Source: Macrostomum hystrix
Lineage: Eukaryota > Animalia > Platyhelminthes
Direction: 5' to 3'
Assembly (NCBI GenBank): GCA_950097015.1
Contig: CATNEN010000019.1
Coordinates: 1 to 64,000 of the forward strand
Length of the DNA stretch: 64,000 bases
Part shown: piece after piece, positions 23,907 through 34,863 of the stretch
How the letters are laid out: every line of letters starts with the position of its first letter
Position numbering within the stretch: the stretch's first letter is position 1
Notes under the pieces: model-generated
Database searches by the model: none
What the model was told of the DNA's origin: nothing
The model's input: only the letters and a program-made list of their open reading frames with translations
Translations under genes and position numbers: made by a program

Positions 23907-24832
23907 ATAGTGCTATGATGTCAGAAAAAAATACTTTAAAGCCGGCGCCGCATTGACAATTTGGGGAGTCGCGCATTTTGTATTATTAATTAATCCATTC
24001 ATTAATTTATTAAAAACACTCAGAAATGAGCAAGCAGAGAGAGCAACATCTCTGACGCAATCAAATAGCAGGTGTTGCCAACTAAAGCGAATCGGTGACA
24101 GGTGAACCTGCTACAATGAAGCGAGAGACGGCAGGGAACAGAAGCAGAGCGAATGAAATATTCAACGGGGCTTTCAATCAGCCTCGATAGAGATCGAAGG
24201 TAAAACAGGGCCTGGGGAATTTACAGGCAGCTCGAGGCGGCCAATGTTAAAATCTGCGAGCTAAGCGGTGGAGGATCAGCTGGGATCCGGGATTTCAGCA
24301 CTTTATTGCCTGCTTCAAACTGTAGTAATTGGCTCAACTGTCCGCTACTCGCTACTCGCTAGTAGCCAGTTGAGACAGTTGCACATTTTAAACGATGCGA
24401 TAATAGTACAAACGAATTAGATTAGAGCAGAAAACACAAGTATGCGGATAAAAAGATTAGAAATAAATATTTTCAGATGGGCATAAAGAGCCGGTGCCAA
24501 CAGGGCGGCTGCGGGTCTGGGCTAAAACAGACAGGTTGGGGACGCCGGACAGATAGGCTGGGTACAGTGGACAGGTAGCTGGGTATGGTGGACAGGTAGC
24601 TGGACAGGCAATTTCCGTGTTGGGGACAGGCAATGGTTGTTTGGGTGTTGAGTAACGAACATAACGAGTGTGAGGGCTCAGTCAGGCCAGTGATCAGCCA
24701 GAGTTGACCATAGCGGAAAGAGTTGAAAAGACAACGCAACGGATTGAACAATCGACAATAATTTAGAAACAGCAACACGCAAACATGCTTCGGAGAATCA
24801 AACAATTAAAGCATTGAAAATAGTTTGCAGGT

Positions 24833-25197
24833 GAGGATTTCCCATGATGATTCTAGGTCAGTTGTGTGCATTGGGATCCCAGTGGCAAGGATTTCCCATG
24901 AGAATTCTAGGTCAGTTGTGTGCATTGGGATCCCAGTGGCAAGGATTTCCCATCAGAATTCTAGGTCAGTTGTGTGCATTGGGATCCCAGTGGCAAGGAT
25001 TTCCCATCAGAATTATAGGTCAGTTGTGGGCATTGGGATCCCAGTGGCAAGGATTTCCCATCAGAATTCTAGGTCAGTTGTGTGCATTGGGATCCCAGTG
25101 GCAAGGATTTCCCATCAGAATTCTAGGTCAGTTGTGGGCATTGGGATCCCAGTGGCAAGGATTTCCCATCAGAATTCTAGGTCAGTTGTGTGCATTG
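24833..25197. repeat. 54-bp minisatellite, ~7 copies, just downstream of the CK1 alpha stop
   Basis: caaggatttcccatcagaattctaggtcagttgtgtgcattgggatcccagtgg in tandem. Confidence 0.94.
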
Positions 25198-25261
25198 CAA
25201 TGTGTTTTAGTTTCGCTTAAAAAATTTGTCAACTATTAATGAAGTGAATGTTCTTTACGCA

Positions 25262-28200
25262 CTACTGCCTAGTAGCATCCAGTGGCGAGACCACAGCACA
25301 GGGACCGGAGGGCAGCAGTCTAAGGAAAACAGTGATAGCAGAAGAAATTACACAGTAAAAGCAGAGACAGCAAAGTAAAGAAACTCAAGACCCGAAGCTT
25401 AAGTGTCTCGCGAACTGGCCGCCCCATGCGAGGGCTCGTCAGGGCGGCTTCACCTGTGCGCGGACTGGTTGGCCAGGCCGGCGCTGCTGGCCGCGGTTGT
25501 GGCGCGCTGCTTCAGCAGAGTCCAGTCGAACACGTAGTCGAACACGAAGTTCAGCGTGCGGAACAGGATGCGGAAGTTCTCGCGCAGCCAGCGGTAGTCG
25601 GGGGCCTCCTCGAACTTTAGGTTGCGGCAGTAGCTGAGGTAGCGGCTGAACTCAGGCGGATAGCCCTTGGTCAGGCTCTCAATCGGGGTCGACACCTTCT
25701 TCTCGTAGATGCGCTCGTATTTCTGCTTCTTGTTGTTCGCCTTGGGATTCAGAGGTGAGTACAACAGGTCTGCTGCGGCCCAGAATGCTTAAGGAGTCAG
25801 ACTGCTCAGATGAGGACGGACAGACGGGTTGGGGACGGACAGACGGGTTGGGGACGGACAGACGGGTTGGGGACGGACAGACGGGTTGGGGACGGACAGA
25901 CGGGTTGGGGACGGACAGACGGGTTGGGGACGGACAGACGGGTTGGGGACGGACAGACGGGTTGGGGACGGACAGACGGGTTGGGGACGGACAGACGGGT
26001 TGGGGACGGACAGACGGGTTGGGGACGGACAGACGGGTTGGGGACGGACAGACGGGTTGGGGACGGACAGACGGGTTGGGGACGGACAGACGGGTTGGGG
26101 ACGGACAGACGGGTTGGGGACGGACAGACGGGTTGGGGACGGACAGACGGGTTGGGGACGGACAGACGGGTTGGGGACGGACAGACGGGTTGGGGACGGA
26201 CAGACGGGTTGGGGACGGACAGACGGGTTGGGGACGGACAGACGGGTTGGGGACGGACAGACGGGTTGGGGACGGACAGACGGGTTGAAGAAGAAAGCTA
26301 AGAGTGCAGCTCGCACGCAAACACGAGTTATGCAGCGATGAAGTTTTTCATATCAGGATGGAAGCGGTAACGATAGTTTGCAGAAAGTACAGTCCAGAAT
26401 CCATCATTTCCTAGCATTGTGAAAGCATCTTCTTGCATCACAACGTGTCACTCAGAGCGAATTCCTTCGGTCTGGTCTAGTCACTCGGAGTGAAGAGGGG
26501 AAATAGGCAGAATAGGCGGAGAGGGAGACAGATGAGGGTGCGCAGGAATTTAATTGAATTCAGCGTCCCGACCCGCTGCCAGACAGACAAACAGAGCAAG
26601 AGTTTGCCGCCCATGAGTGCACGCATCAGGCCGCAACAGCTTGGGCAGAGGCTGTGCTTGAGGGCCCAGCAGACAATGAGCGGACCGGGCACGGGGGGAG
26701 GCTGGGAGCTCACACAATGAGGAGGGTCTGAAGTGGCAGAGGCGGGTGCCACGCCCAGAGCGCTGAATGCAAGAGTTCAAAATCTTTCAAAACTTCGTCA
26801 GTCTTCAATTCTCTCTCTCGCACTGAGCTGCCCAGGTGAGTGCGGCGAGGCAAACTGCAAGCAGTTCCACGCGAGCTAATAAAATAATGTTGATGTGACT
26901 CGCTTGTAACAATTTCCAACACAGCAACAAAAGCTCTCGCGGCATTTTCCATTTCTACGAAGGGCACTCACTTTAAATGAGTTTGCAACAGAAGACCTTC
27001 GCTCTCTTATGTGAGCCCAGAGGAGCTGGGAAGGTGGGAGCTGAGCCTGAGGATCTCGGAAGGTGGGAGCTGAGCCTGAGGATCTGGGAAAGTGGGAGCT
27101 GAGACTGAGGATCTGAGAAGGTGGGAGCTGAGACTGAGGGTCTGGGAAGGTGGGAGCTGAGCCTGAGGATCTGGAGAGTAATCAGAAGATCTGGAGAGGA
27201 ACCAGAGGATCTGGAGAGGAACCAGAGGATCTGGAGAGGAACCAGAGGATCTGGAGAGGAACCAGAGGATCTGGAGAGGAACCAGAGGATCTGGAGAGGA
27301 TCCAGAGGATCTAGAGTATCCAGATCCTCAGAGGATTCAGAAGATCCAGAGGATCAAGAGGATTCAGAGGATGCAGAGGATCCGAGCTCATATCGGAGCA
27401 GCATGTGCCTGCCCAGTACTCACCTTGAGCCCCTGCCAGGGCAGGGAGGACCTGAGAAAGTACATGAAGACGTAGCCCAGACTTTCGAGATCGTCGCGCC
27501 GCGACTGCTCGATGCCGGCGTGGGCGTTGACCGAGGCGTAGCGGGCGGTACCAGTCAGGTTCTTGTCGTCCCGGTAGGGGATGTGCGTCTTGGTGCGCGA
27601 GTCACGGTATTTCTTGGCCAGGCCGAAGTCCACGAGGAACAGCTTATTGCAGTGACGGCCGATGCCCATCAGGAAGTTGTCCGGCTTGATGTCTCTGGGG
27701 ATGGCAGGTGAAACCCGAATGAGGAAGATACACATTGGGAGCATTTTCTGATGGGGGTTGGGAAATCGATGGGTATCAGGTATCGATTTGAGCTTGAGAT
27801 AACTGAGAAAATAATTAGAAAAACCATAGATAAGAATTGGAATCAGTAAGGGAAAACCATAGATAAGAATTGGAATCAGTAAGGGAAAACCATAGAGAAG
27901 AATTGGGAATCAGTAAAGGAAAATCATCAATGGGATTTGGAATCAGTAAGGGAAAACCATAGATAAGAATTGGGAATCAGTAAGGGAAAACCATAGAGAA
28001 GAATTGGGAATCAGTAAGGGAAAACCATAGAGAAGAATTGGGAATCAGTAAGGAAAACCATAGAGAAGAATTGGGAATCAGTAAGGGAAAACCATAGAGA
28101 AGAATTGGGAATCAGTAAGGGAAAAACCATAGAGAAGATTGGGAATCAGTAAGGGAAAACCATAGATAAGAATTGGGAATCAGTAAGGGAAACCATAAAG

Positions 28201-30987
28201 AAGAATTGGGAATCAGTAAGGGAAAACCATAGAGAAGAATTGGGAATCAGTAAGGGAAAACCATAGAGAAGATTGGGAATCAGTAAGGGAAACCATAGAG
28301 AAGAATTGGGAATCAGTAAGGGAAAACCATAGAGAAGAATTGGGAATCAGTAAAGGAAAATCATCAATGGGATTTGGAATCAGTAAGGGAAAACCATAGA
28401 TAAGAATTGGGAATCAGTAAGGGAAAACCATAGAGAATAATTGGGAATCAGTAAGGAAAACCATAGAGAAGAATTGGGAATCAGTAAGGAAAACCATAGA
28501 GAAGAATTGGGAATCAGTAAGGGAAAACCATAGAGAAGAATTGGGAATCAGTAAGGGAAAACCATAGAGAAGAATTGGGAATCAGTAAGGGAAAACCATA
28601 GATAAGAATTGGGAATCAGTAAGGGAAACCATAGAGAAGAATTGGGAATCAGTAAGGGAAAACCATAGAGAAGAATTGGGAATCAGTAAGGGAAAACCAT
28701 AGAGAAGATTGGGAATCAGTAAGGGAAAACCATAGAGAAGAATTGGGAATCAGTAAGGGAAAACCATAGAGAAGAATTGGGAATCAGTAAGGGAAAACCA
28801 TAGATAAGAATTGGAATCAGTAAGGGAAAACCATAGAGAAGATTGGGAATCAATAAGGGAAAACCATAGAGAAGATTGGGAATCAGTAAGGGAAAACCAT
28901 AGAGAAGATTGGGAATCAATAAGGGAAAACCATAGAGAAGATTGGGAATCAGTAAGGGAAAACCATAGAGAAGATTGGGAATCAATAAGGGAAAACCATA
29001 GAGAAGATTGGGAATCAATAAGGGAAAACCATAGAGAAGATTGGGAATCAGTAAGGGAAAACCATAGAGAAGATTGGGAATCAGTAAGGGAAAACCATAG
29101 AGAAGATTGGGAATCAGTAAGGGAAAACCATAGAGAAGATTGGGAATCAATAAGGGAAAACCATAGAGAAGATTGGGAATCAGTAAGGGAAAAACATAGA
29201 TAACATGCTTAACATGCTCAATGCTTAACACGCTTAACATGCTCAATGCTTAACATGCTCAATTACATGGGAGTCGCGCACAGACAGCCGCAACAATGCA
29301 GCGCGCAGACCCCAGGGGAGCGGCCGGGCCGGCAAGTTGCGCCAGTTCACTAATTAAAAATGCACGCTGACACGGCAACCACCAGCTCCTAGTCCTCCTA
29401 TGTCAGAAGGTGAGCCAGGCATAGCAGGCAGCTAATTATGGGCCAGGCGCCCCAGAGCTCGCTAAGTGATAAGAGCTGCCCACATCGGGCCAGGACTAAA
29501 ATAGCAACCTGGCGATGTGTCTATCAAGCTGCTTGGATGCATGCAAGAGTGGCTCGAGTTCTGCTAAAAATAGACTGTGAGCCCTAGCAACTACAGTTCG
29601 CGAACTGTCTCGGAGAACAACACGGACTGCAGTCAGGCAGGCCTGCAACTTGTGACTTGAAATAGCCACCTGCTGGCATTCATGGGCCAAACTGGAAGCA
29701 AATATCAAATCCTCTATAAATAATGTAAAGAAGCCTCACCTGTGAATGAAGTTCTTGTTATGCACAAACTCAATACGGCACAGCATCTGGTCTGCCAGCA
29801 TGAGCACAGTCTTCATGGTAAACCTGCGCGAGCAGAAGGTGAACAGGTCCTCCAGGCTGGGGCCAAGCAGGTCCATCACCAGGCAGTTGTACTGGTTTTT
29901 CACGCCATCCTGGCCGTACCATCTGAGGGGAGAGGCCAATATGGCACTGTTTCAGCTGGCGCCTTTCAAAACCCACTGCCTTCAGTGACACACTTCGAGT
30001 ATCTGGACTGCCAATGACTTTAGCAAGCGGACAGCTGGAGCACACAGGGTGGAGAGGACAACGGGAGTAGTGGACAGCTGGAGGAAGGCAGTGGACAAAC
30101 GAGAGAGTGGACAGCTGGAGGACACAGGGGAGGGCAGTGGACAAACGGGAGAGCGGACAGCTGGAGGACACAGGGGAGGGCAGTGGACATACGGGGGAGT
30201 GGACAGCTGGAGGACACAGTGGAGGGCAGCGGACAGCTGGTGGACACAGTGGAGGGCAGCGTACAGCTGGAGGACATAGTGGAGGGCAGCGGACAGCTGG
30301 TGGACACAGTGGAGGGCAGCGGACAGCTGGAGGACACAGTGGAGGGCAGCGGACAGCTGGAGGACACAGTGGAGGGCAGCGGACAGCTGGAGGACATAGT
30401 GGAGGTCAGCGGACAGCTGCAGGACATAGTGGAGGGCAGCGGACAGCTAGAGGACACAGTGGAGGGCAGCGGACAGCTGGAGGACATAGTGGAGGGCAGC
30501 GGACAGCTGCAGGACATAGTGGAGGGCAGCGGACAGCTAGAGGACACAGTGGAGGGCAGCGGACAGCTAGAGGACACAGTGGAGGGCAGCGGACAGCTAG
30601 AGGACACAGTGGAGGGCAGCGGACAGCTAGAGGACACAGTGGAGGGCAGTGGACAGCTGGAGGACATAGTGGAGGTCAGCGGACAGCTGCAGGACATAGT
30701 GGAGGGCAGCGGACAGCTGGAGGACAGGCTGGAGAAGTGCAAGCCCATGGGCCGCACCTGACGCTGGGGATGCCGATGCCATCCTGCAGAATCTTGTAGA
30801 CTTTGCTCTCGTAAAGCAGCTGCGGGTGGCGAGCAGTGACGGGCTCGAGCTTCACGGCCACCTCCTCTCCATTGACAATGCTGACGCCAAGGTAGATCTC
30901 GCCAAAGGAGCCGCTGCCAATCTTGCGTGTCAGCTTGTACTTACCACCAACCACAAAGTCTGTCTTTCGCACCACCTGCGGGTCCAT
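25262..30987 (-). CDS. CSNK1A1: Casein kinase 1 alpha (342 aa; exons 30987-30758, 29922-29740, 27694-27424, 25740-25454, 25319-25262)
   Basis: [106 protein letters not shown] and FDYVFDW. The GIGRHCNK loop is alpha-type. All introns are GT-AG with consistent phases (2, 2, 0, 2). Confidence 0.96.
25814..26287. repeat. 20-bp minisatellite, ~24 apparently identical copies (ggacggacagacgggttggg), CK1 intron 3
   Basis: Direct tandem periodicity with no visible variants. Confidence 0.97.
27028..27390. repeat. Compound repeat in CK1 intron 3: 29-bp units, then 20-bp units, then degenerate ~9-bp units sharing gaggatc
   Basis: gggaaggtgggagctgagcctgaggatct x5, followed by gaggatctggagaggaacca x~6. 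Confidence 0.85.
27819..29202. repeat. 33/34-bp minisatellite, ~41 copies (gggaatcagtaagggaaaaccatagagaaga[a]tt), CK1 intron 2
   Basis: Tandem periodicity; mostly 34-bp units on the left, uniform 33-bp units from ~28810. Confidence 0.95.
30028..30728. repeat. 30-bp minisatellite (ggacagctggaggacacagtggagggcagc), CK1 intron 1
   Basis: Regular 30-nt units from ~30200; degenerate units toward the acceptor end. Confidence 0.94.
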
Positions 30988-31460
30988 CTGTGGGTTAGCC
31001 AGTTTTGAGCTGTGATGAAACTCCAACTTGGCTGCAAGTGGCTAGATTTACTTTGACGTTCGCTCCTAGAAGCTGGACGGCAGTGGAGGCCCAATGGACT
31101 TAAAGCTGCAGATGCAATTGGGCATAACAGATATATACTTTTGCATATATACTTCTATGCAAGGCTTAGTTATAATTCTAAATTCACATAGGACTTAAAA
31201 TTAAAATTGAATTTGTTGAAAGGCTGAAAGCTTTAGATTACAATTTAAAAAAACTGTAATCTAAAGCCATAAGAATAAAACACATACATAAAAAATCGTA
31301 GGCTCTATCATCATAGCAACTTTATAAACTTTCATAAATTTTATTGCTTCAAAATGGGTCTGTAAGAGGTTTTTTCATCATTTAGTTATTAATAAAGTGC
31401 ATATTTTATTTCATCTATTAGAAAAGTGAGTAGCTAAAGTAAAAAAGTTGTGTTTAAATA

Positions 31461-31738
31461 CATACATGCGCAACACCCGGCCGACCCGGCCGAACCAGCC
31501 GGGTGAAACGAGGGCCAAGCAAGGTAAGTCGCAAAAACCAATCAACCAAGCGCCAAAAAATCAAAGGGGGGACCAAGGGACAAAAAGGAAGGCGTGAAGA
31601 AAAGGAAAAAGGGGAGAGAAAAAGAGCAAATGAGAGCAAACTAAGTCGTAAATAGAGCACTGAAACGAACTAAGTCGCAAATGAGAGCAAAAACTAAGTC
31701 GCAAGGCTGGCTAAGATTTGGGAGGTTGCGCATGTATG
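31461..31738. mobile_element. 278-bp non-autonomous DNA transposon (MITE) with 14-bp TIRs and an 8-bp TSD
   Basis: Left end catacatgcgcaac (31461-31474) and right end gttgcgcatgtatg (31725-31738) are perfect inverted repeats. Both are flanked by tttaaata (31453-31460, 31739-31746). Four internal taagtcg motifs. Confidence 0.8.
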
Positions 31739-34234
31739 TTTAAATAGGAGGCACAGAAAGACATTAAATTTATTGTAAAAAATATTCAAATTTTAATACA
31801 TTACAGCAAGTTTAAAATTAAAATAACTATGCAGGTAACCCTAATTCTTACAAAGATAGTGCTGCACATAAAAAACTTTACCAGAGGTCTTGTACAGTAC
31901 ACAAGTAGGCCTTTAAAATTTTAAGATAGTGCTGATAGGAAGGATGATTCAGCTAAGTAAGCACAATATAGACTAAGTAATAACAAAAAAAGTAAACAAA
32001 TGCCCCAATAATGAATACAGTACAATACTAGCATTAACCCATGAATGACTGATTTGATGTCATAATCCACTAATACGCGCGGCGAATTAAACCAACGATT
32101 AAATTATTGGCTGCGGTTGGCCGAAGCAGAACAGAACGTTCACCTTACAAGCTGAACAATCGAAAACCGATGGGCTTAGGCTACAAGACGCAGCTTGAAT
32201 ACAAATAAAAGCAGTTAAACTCGGTGAGTGTCTAATTCGGTTCATTTGTTTTTAATGGTTGAAATAAAATATGCAGTACGTTACTTACGGTTACTAAGCA
32301 AATAAAAAACAACTTCCGAGCTAAATTTGAAACATCGGAAATTCCGAAATGATCAGCTGTTTATTTACGAACAAAGCCGTCGATTTTTCATAGAAGCTTT
32401 ATCATGACACTATTTGCAAACTGACGATAAAGTAACGATACTTAAGAGAATAAGAATACTCACAAGTGGATAATGACAGATATTCAATGTAAGTTTAAGT
32501 ATTCAACGGTTAGAGTCAACGCTCATATAATATATTAGCAAGCAATATAGTTAGTTGCTAATCAATATATAATATATTCGATGTATATGTTTTTGTGGTA
32601 TATCAATTTAGGCAAGGACGCAACAATAGAATACATTAACTACGACGCCTTGAAGCCTTTATTTTTATAGCACCATCTAAGTTTCATATCCTAAGGCCTA
32701 TTGTTATCGCATAGTTTTCTTGTATTGTACTTTATACTCATAATTTATACATTCAATGGCCATGTATGTAGTTACTGTTGTGATGAGAGGTGTAGGCCAG
32801 TGTTTGGCGAGGGGTTGATGTTTCGTGCGTGGTTTTTCTTACCCCCTTGTCCGTCCGCCCCACTCCGCGACTGGCATTGTTATAAGAGTTTTCTGTGTGC
32901 GCGTATGAGTTTTTGTGAAGGGTTTTTTTGGTTTGAGTATTTTTCATCGTCCGGCTCGCTCAGCTAAGAAAAATATATTGTGGCCCAGACGGGAGCCAAA
33001 GATAAAGAAAGAGAGATCAAAGACCTTTTTTTAAAACTCTTATGTCTTTCTCGCTGAAGAGAACAGTTACATCGTTTGTAAATCTTTGAAATATATGATA
33101 ACAAGTTTTGTATATTGATGGTGGCGTTTGTCTGATACTTAATTTTCTAAAACAGGATCTTCTTTTTTAACATATATGACGAGAATAGTGATTTTATTAA
33201 TTAGATCGAGTCGAACAAAATAGTTTTTTCTAAGAAAGTACCTGTCAGATGGAAGTTCGTTCGGAAGCTAAGTAATGTGGGACTCCTTTATAGGTTAAAT
33301 TGCATGCTTAATAGGCCTAGGCCTAGCATATCATCATGCATGTGATAATTTCTAATGTTTAACATAACATTTTATCAAAACTGGCCTAGCTATTGATTAT
33401 GTATATATATATATATATATATATAATGTAGTGCATCGTTTTCAACTTTATTAGATTAAAATATAATGTCGTCTGTTGAGACTCTACAATTAAACAAACA
33501 GTGTGTTGATTGTATATTGAGTGTTTTCACTTTGTAAATGATTATTGCAATTAAGTCATAATTCACTATCAAAAATATAATAATTTTGGCCTATATAATT
33601 TCGGTGGGTCTCCTGGCCACAGTCAGCTTAGCCATGGCATTTGGCTTTCATATATATTAGAGGCCTATACAGAGACACAATCAAAACAGACATACTGGCT
33701 CCAACTTGAGTCCAAGAATTAGAGGAATAAAACACAGTACTTACTTTCGAATTTACCAAAATAGTGATTGGTACTGAGGGTATTTGCTTTGGCATTTCAG
33801 TTGGGAGAACAAATGAAAGATTTCTTACATTATTTCATGTATAATAAATCTTGTTAGTTTCTTGTTTTACATTATAAAAAATTGAATTAGTGCCAGATCT
33901 GCTCTTATATAGTATAGGTTTATTCCTGCTAATAGATTGCTTTACAAAACACATTTATATATTTTACATATGGTATAAAATGTATATCTCTTTGTATTTA
34001 TAAATTAATTTTTTTGTTTTTTTACTTTTAGTTTTTTTAATATTTCCTTGAATATTTTATTCAGCTAGTGTGCATGCTTAAAAAATTCCCATTATTCCTA
34101 GGCCTAGTAGCTAGCTACTCATTTTAGTAGCTTATATATATTTTATACTATGGTCTAAAACTACTGGTCTTATGTTTTATGCCTTTAATATAAATTTAGC
34201 AGTATATAATTTTTTGCCTCAATTCACCTTGCAG

Positions 34235-34281
34235 GTTTACCTGTGTAGCCATGGAACAGCATGCTAGTACAAGGAAGACAT
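34235..34281 (+). CDS. Putative 47-nt exon carrying an ATG (34251; MEQHASTRKT...) of an unidentified plus-strand gene
   Basis: Strong acceptor ttttttgcctcaattcaccttgcag, good start context gtagccATGG and a GTAAGC donor at 34282. A candidate upstream non-coding exon donor (GTGAGT) lies at 32224. Too short to confirm coding. Confidence 0.35.
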
Positions 34282-34863
34282 GTAAGCAAAGCAAATAAGC
34301 TAATTATGTTTTTAATGTTTGCTGTTTTATTTTAAATTTATGATTTTAATTGTCTGTCAAATGTCATTTAAAATGTAAAAGAAATTAGTTTCTTGATTTT
34401 ACATATGCTTTAAAAATCATGCCTGGTTGAATAATTAAACTGTCCTGCATGTTCAGGAATGTTTTCAAATTGATTAAATGATGCAACAGATCCAATCAAT
34501 CAAAATGTTTTCAGACTTTACTTTGCTGTTCTAATTAATATGATAAATGTGCATTCACTTTCTAGTTACATTGAAACAGTCACCTATTATGCTGTGTTGA
34601 TTGCACTTTAAACAAAAGCAATTGAGCCATTTGGTAATTTTATATGCATGTAGATATTTGACCATAACTGACAACTGACCTGCTTGATACACTTTTCAGC
34701 CATTGGTAAATTCAATGCTTGTTTCTCTGCTGCTGAATGCTTAATTTGATAGCTTTCTTTCACTTCCAGTTTTTTACTTTTAACTAAGCTAATATTGATT
34801 TATGTAGGCATTTTTGTTTTCTGTGGCTAAAAATTCACTAATAGCCAAAATCGTAATAGATAC

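Noticed and set aside
21612-30799. Long repetitive ORFs over the 22-, 32-, 54-, 20-, 33- and 30-bp arrays
   Set aside because: They lie in introns or flanks of identified genes, are open in several frames or strands at once, and are explained by stop-free repeat units.
32752-32771. Second catgtatg terminus suggesting another MITE copy
   Set aside because: Only 8 nt match the TIR, and no partner TIR or TSD was found.
33402-33424. (TA)n microsatellite
   Set aside because: Ordinary short simple repeat with no further structure.
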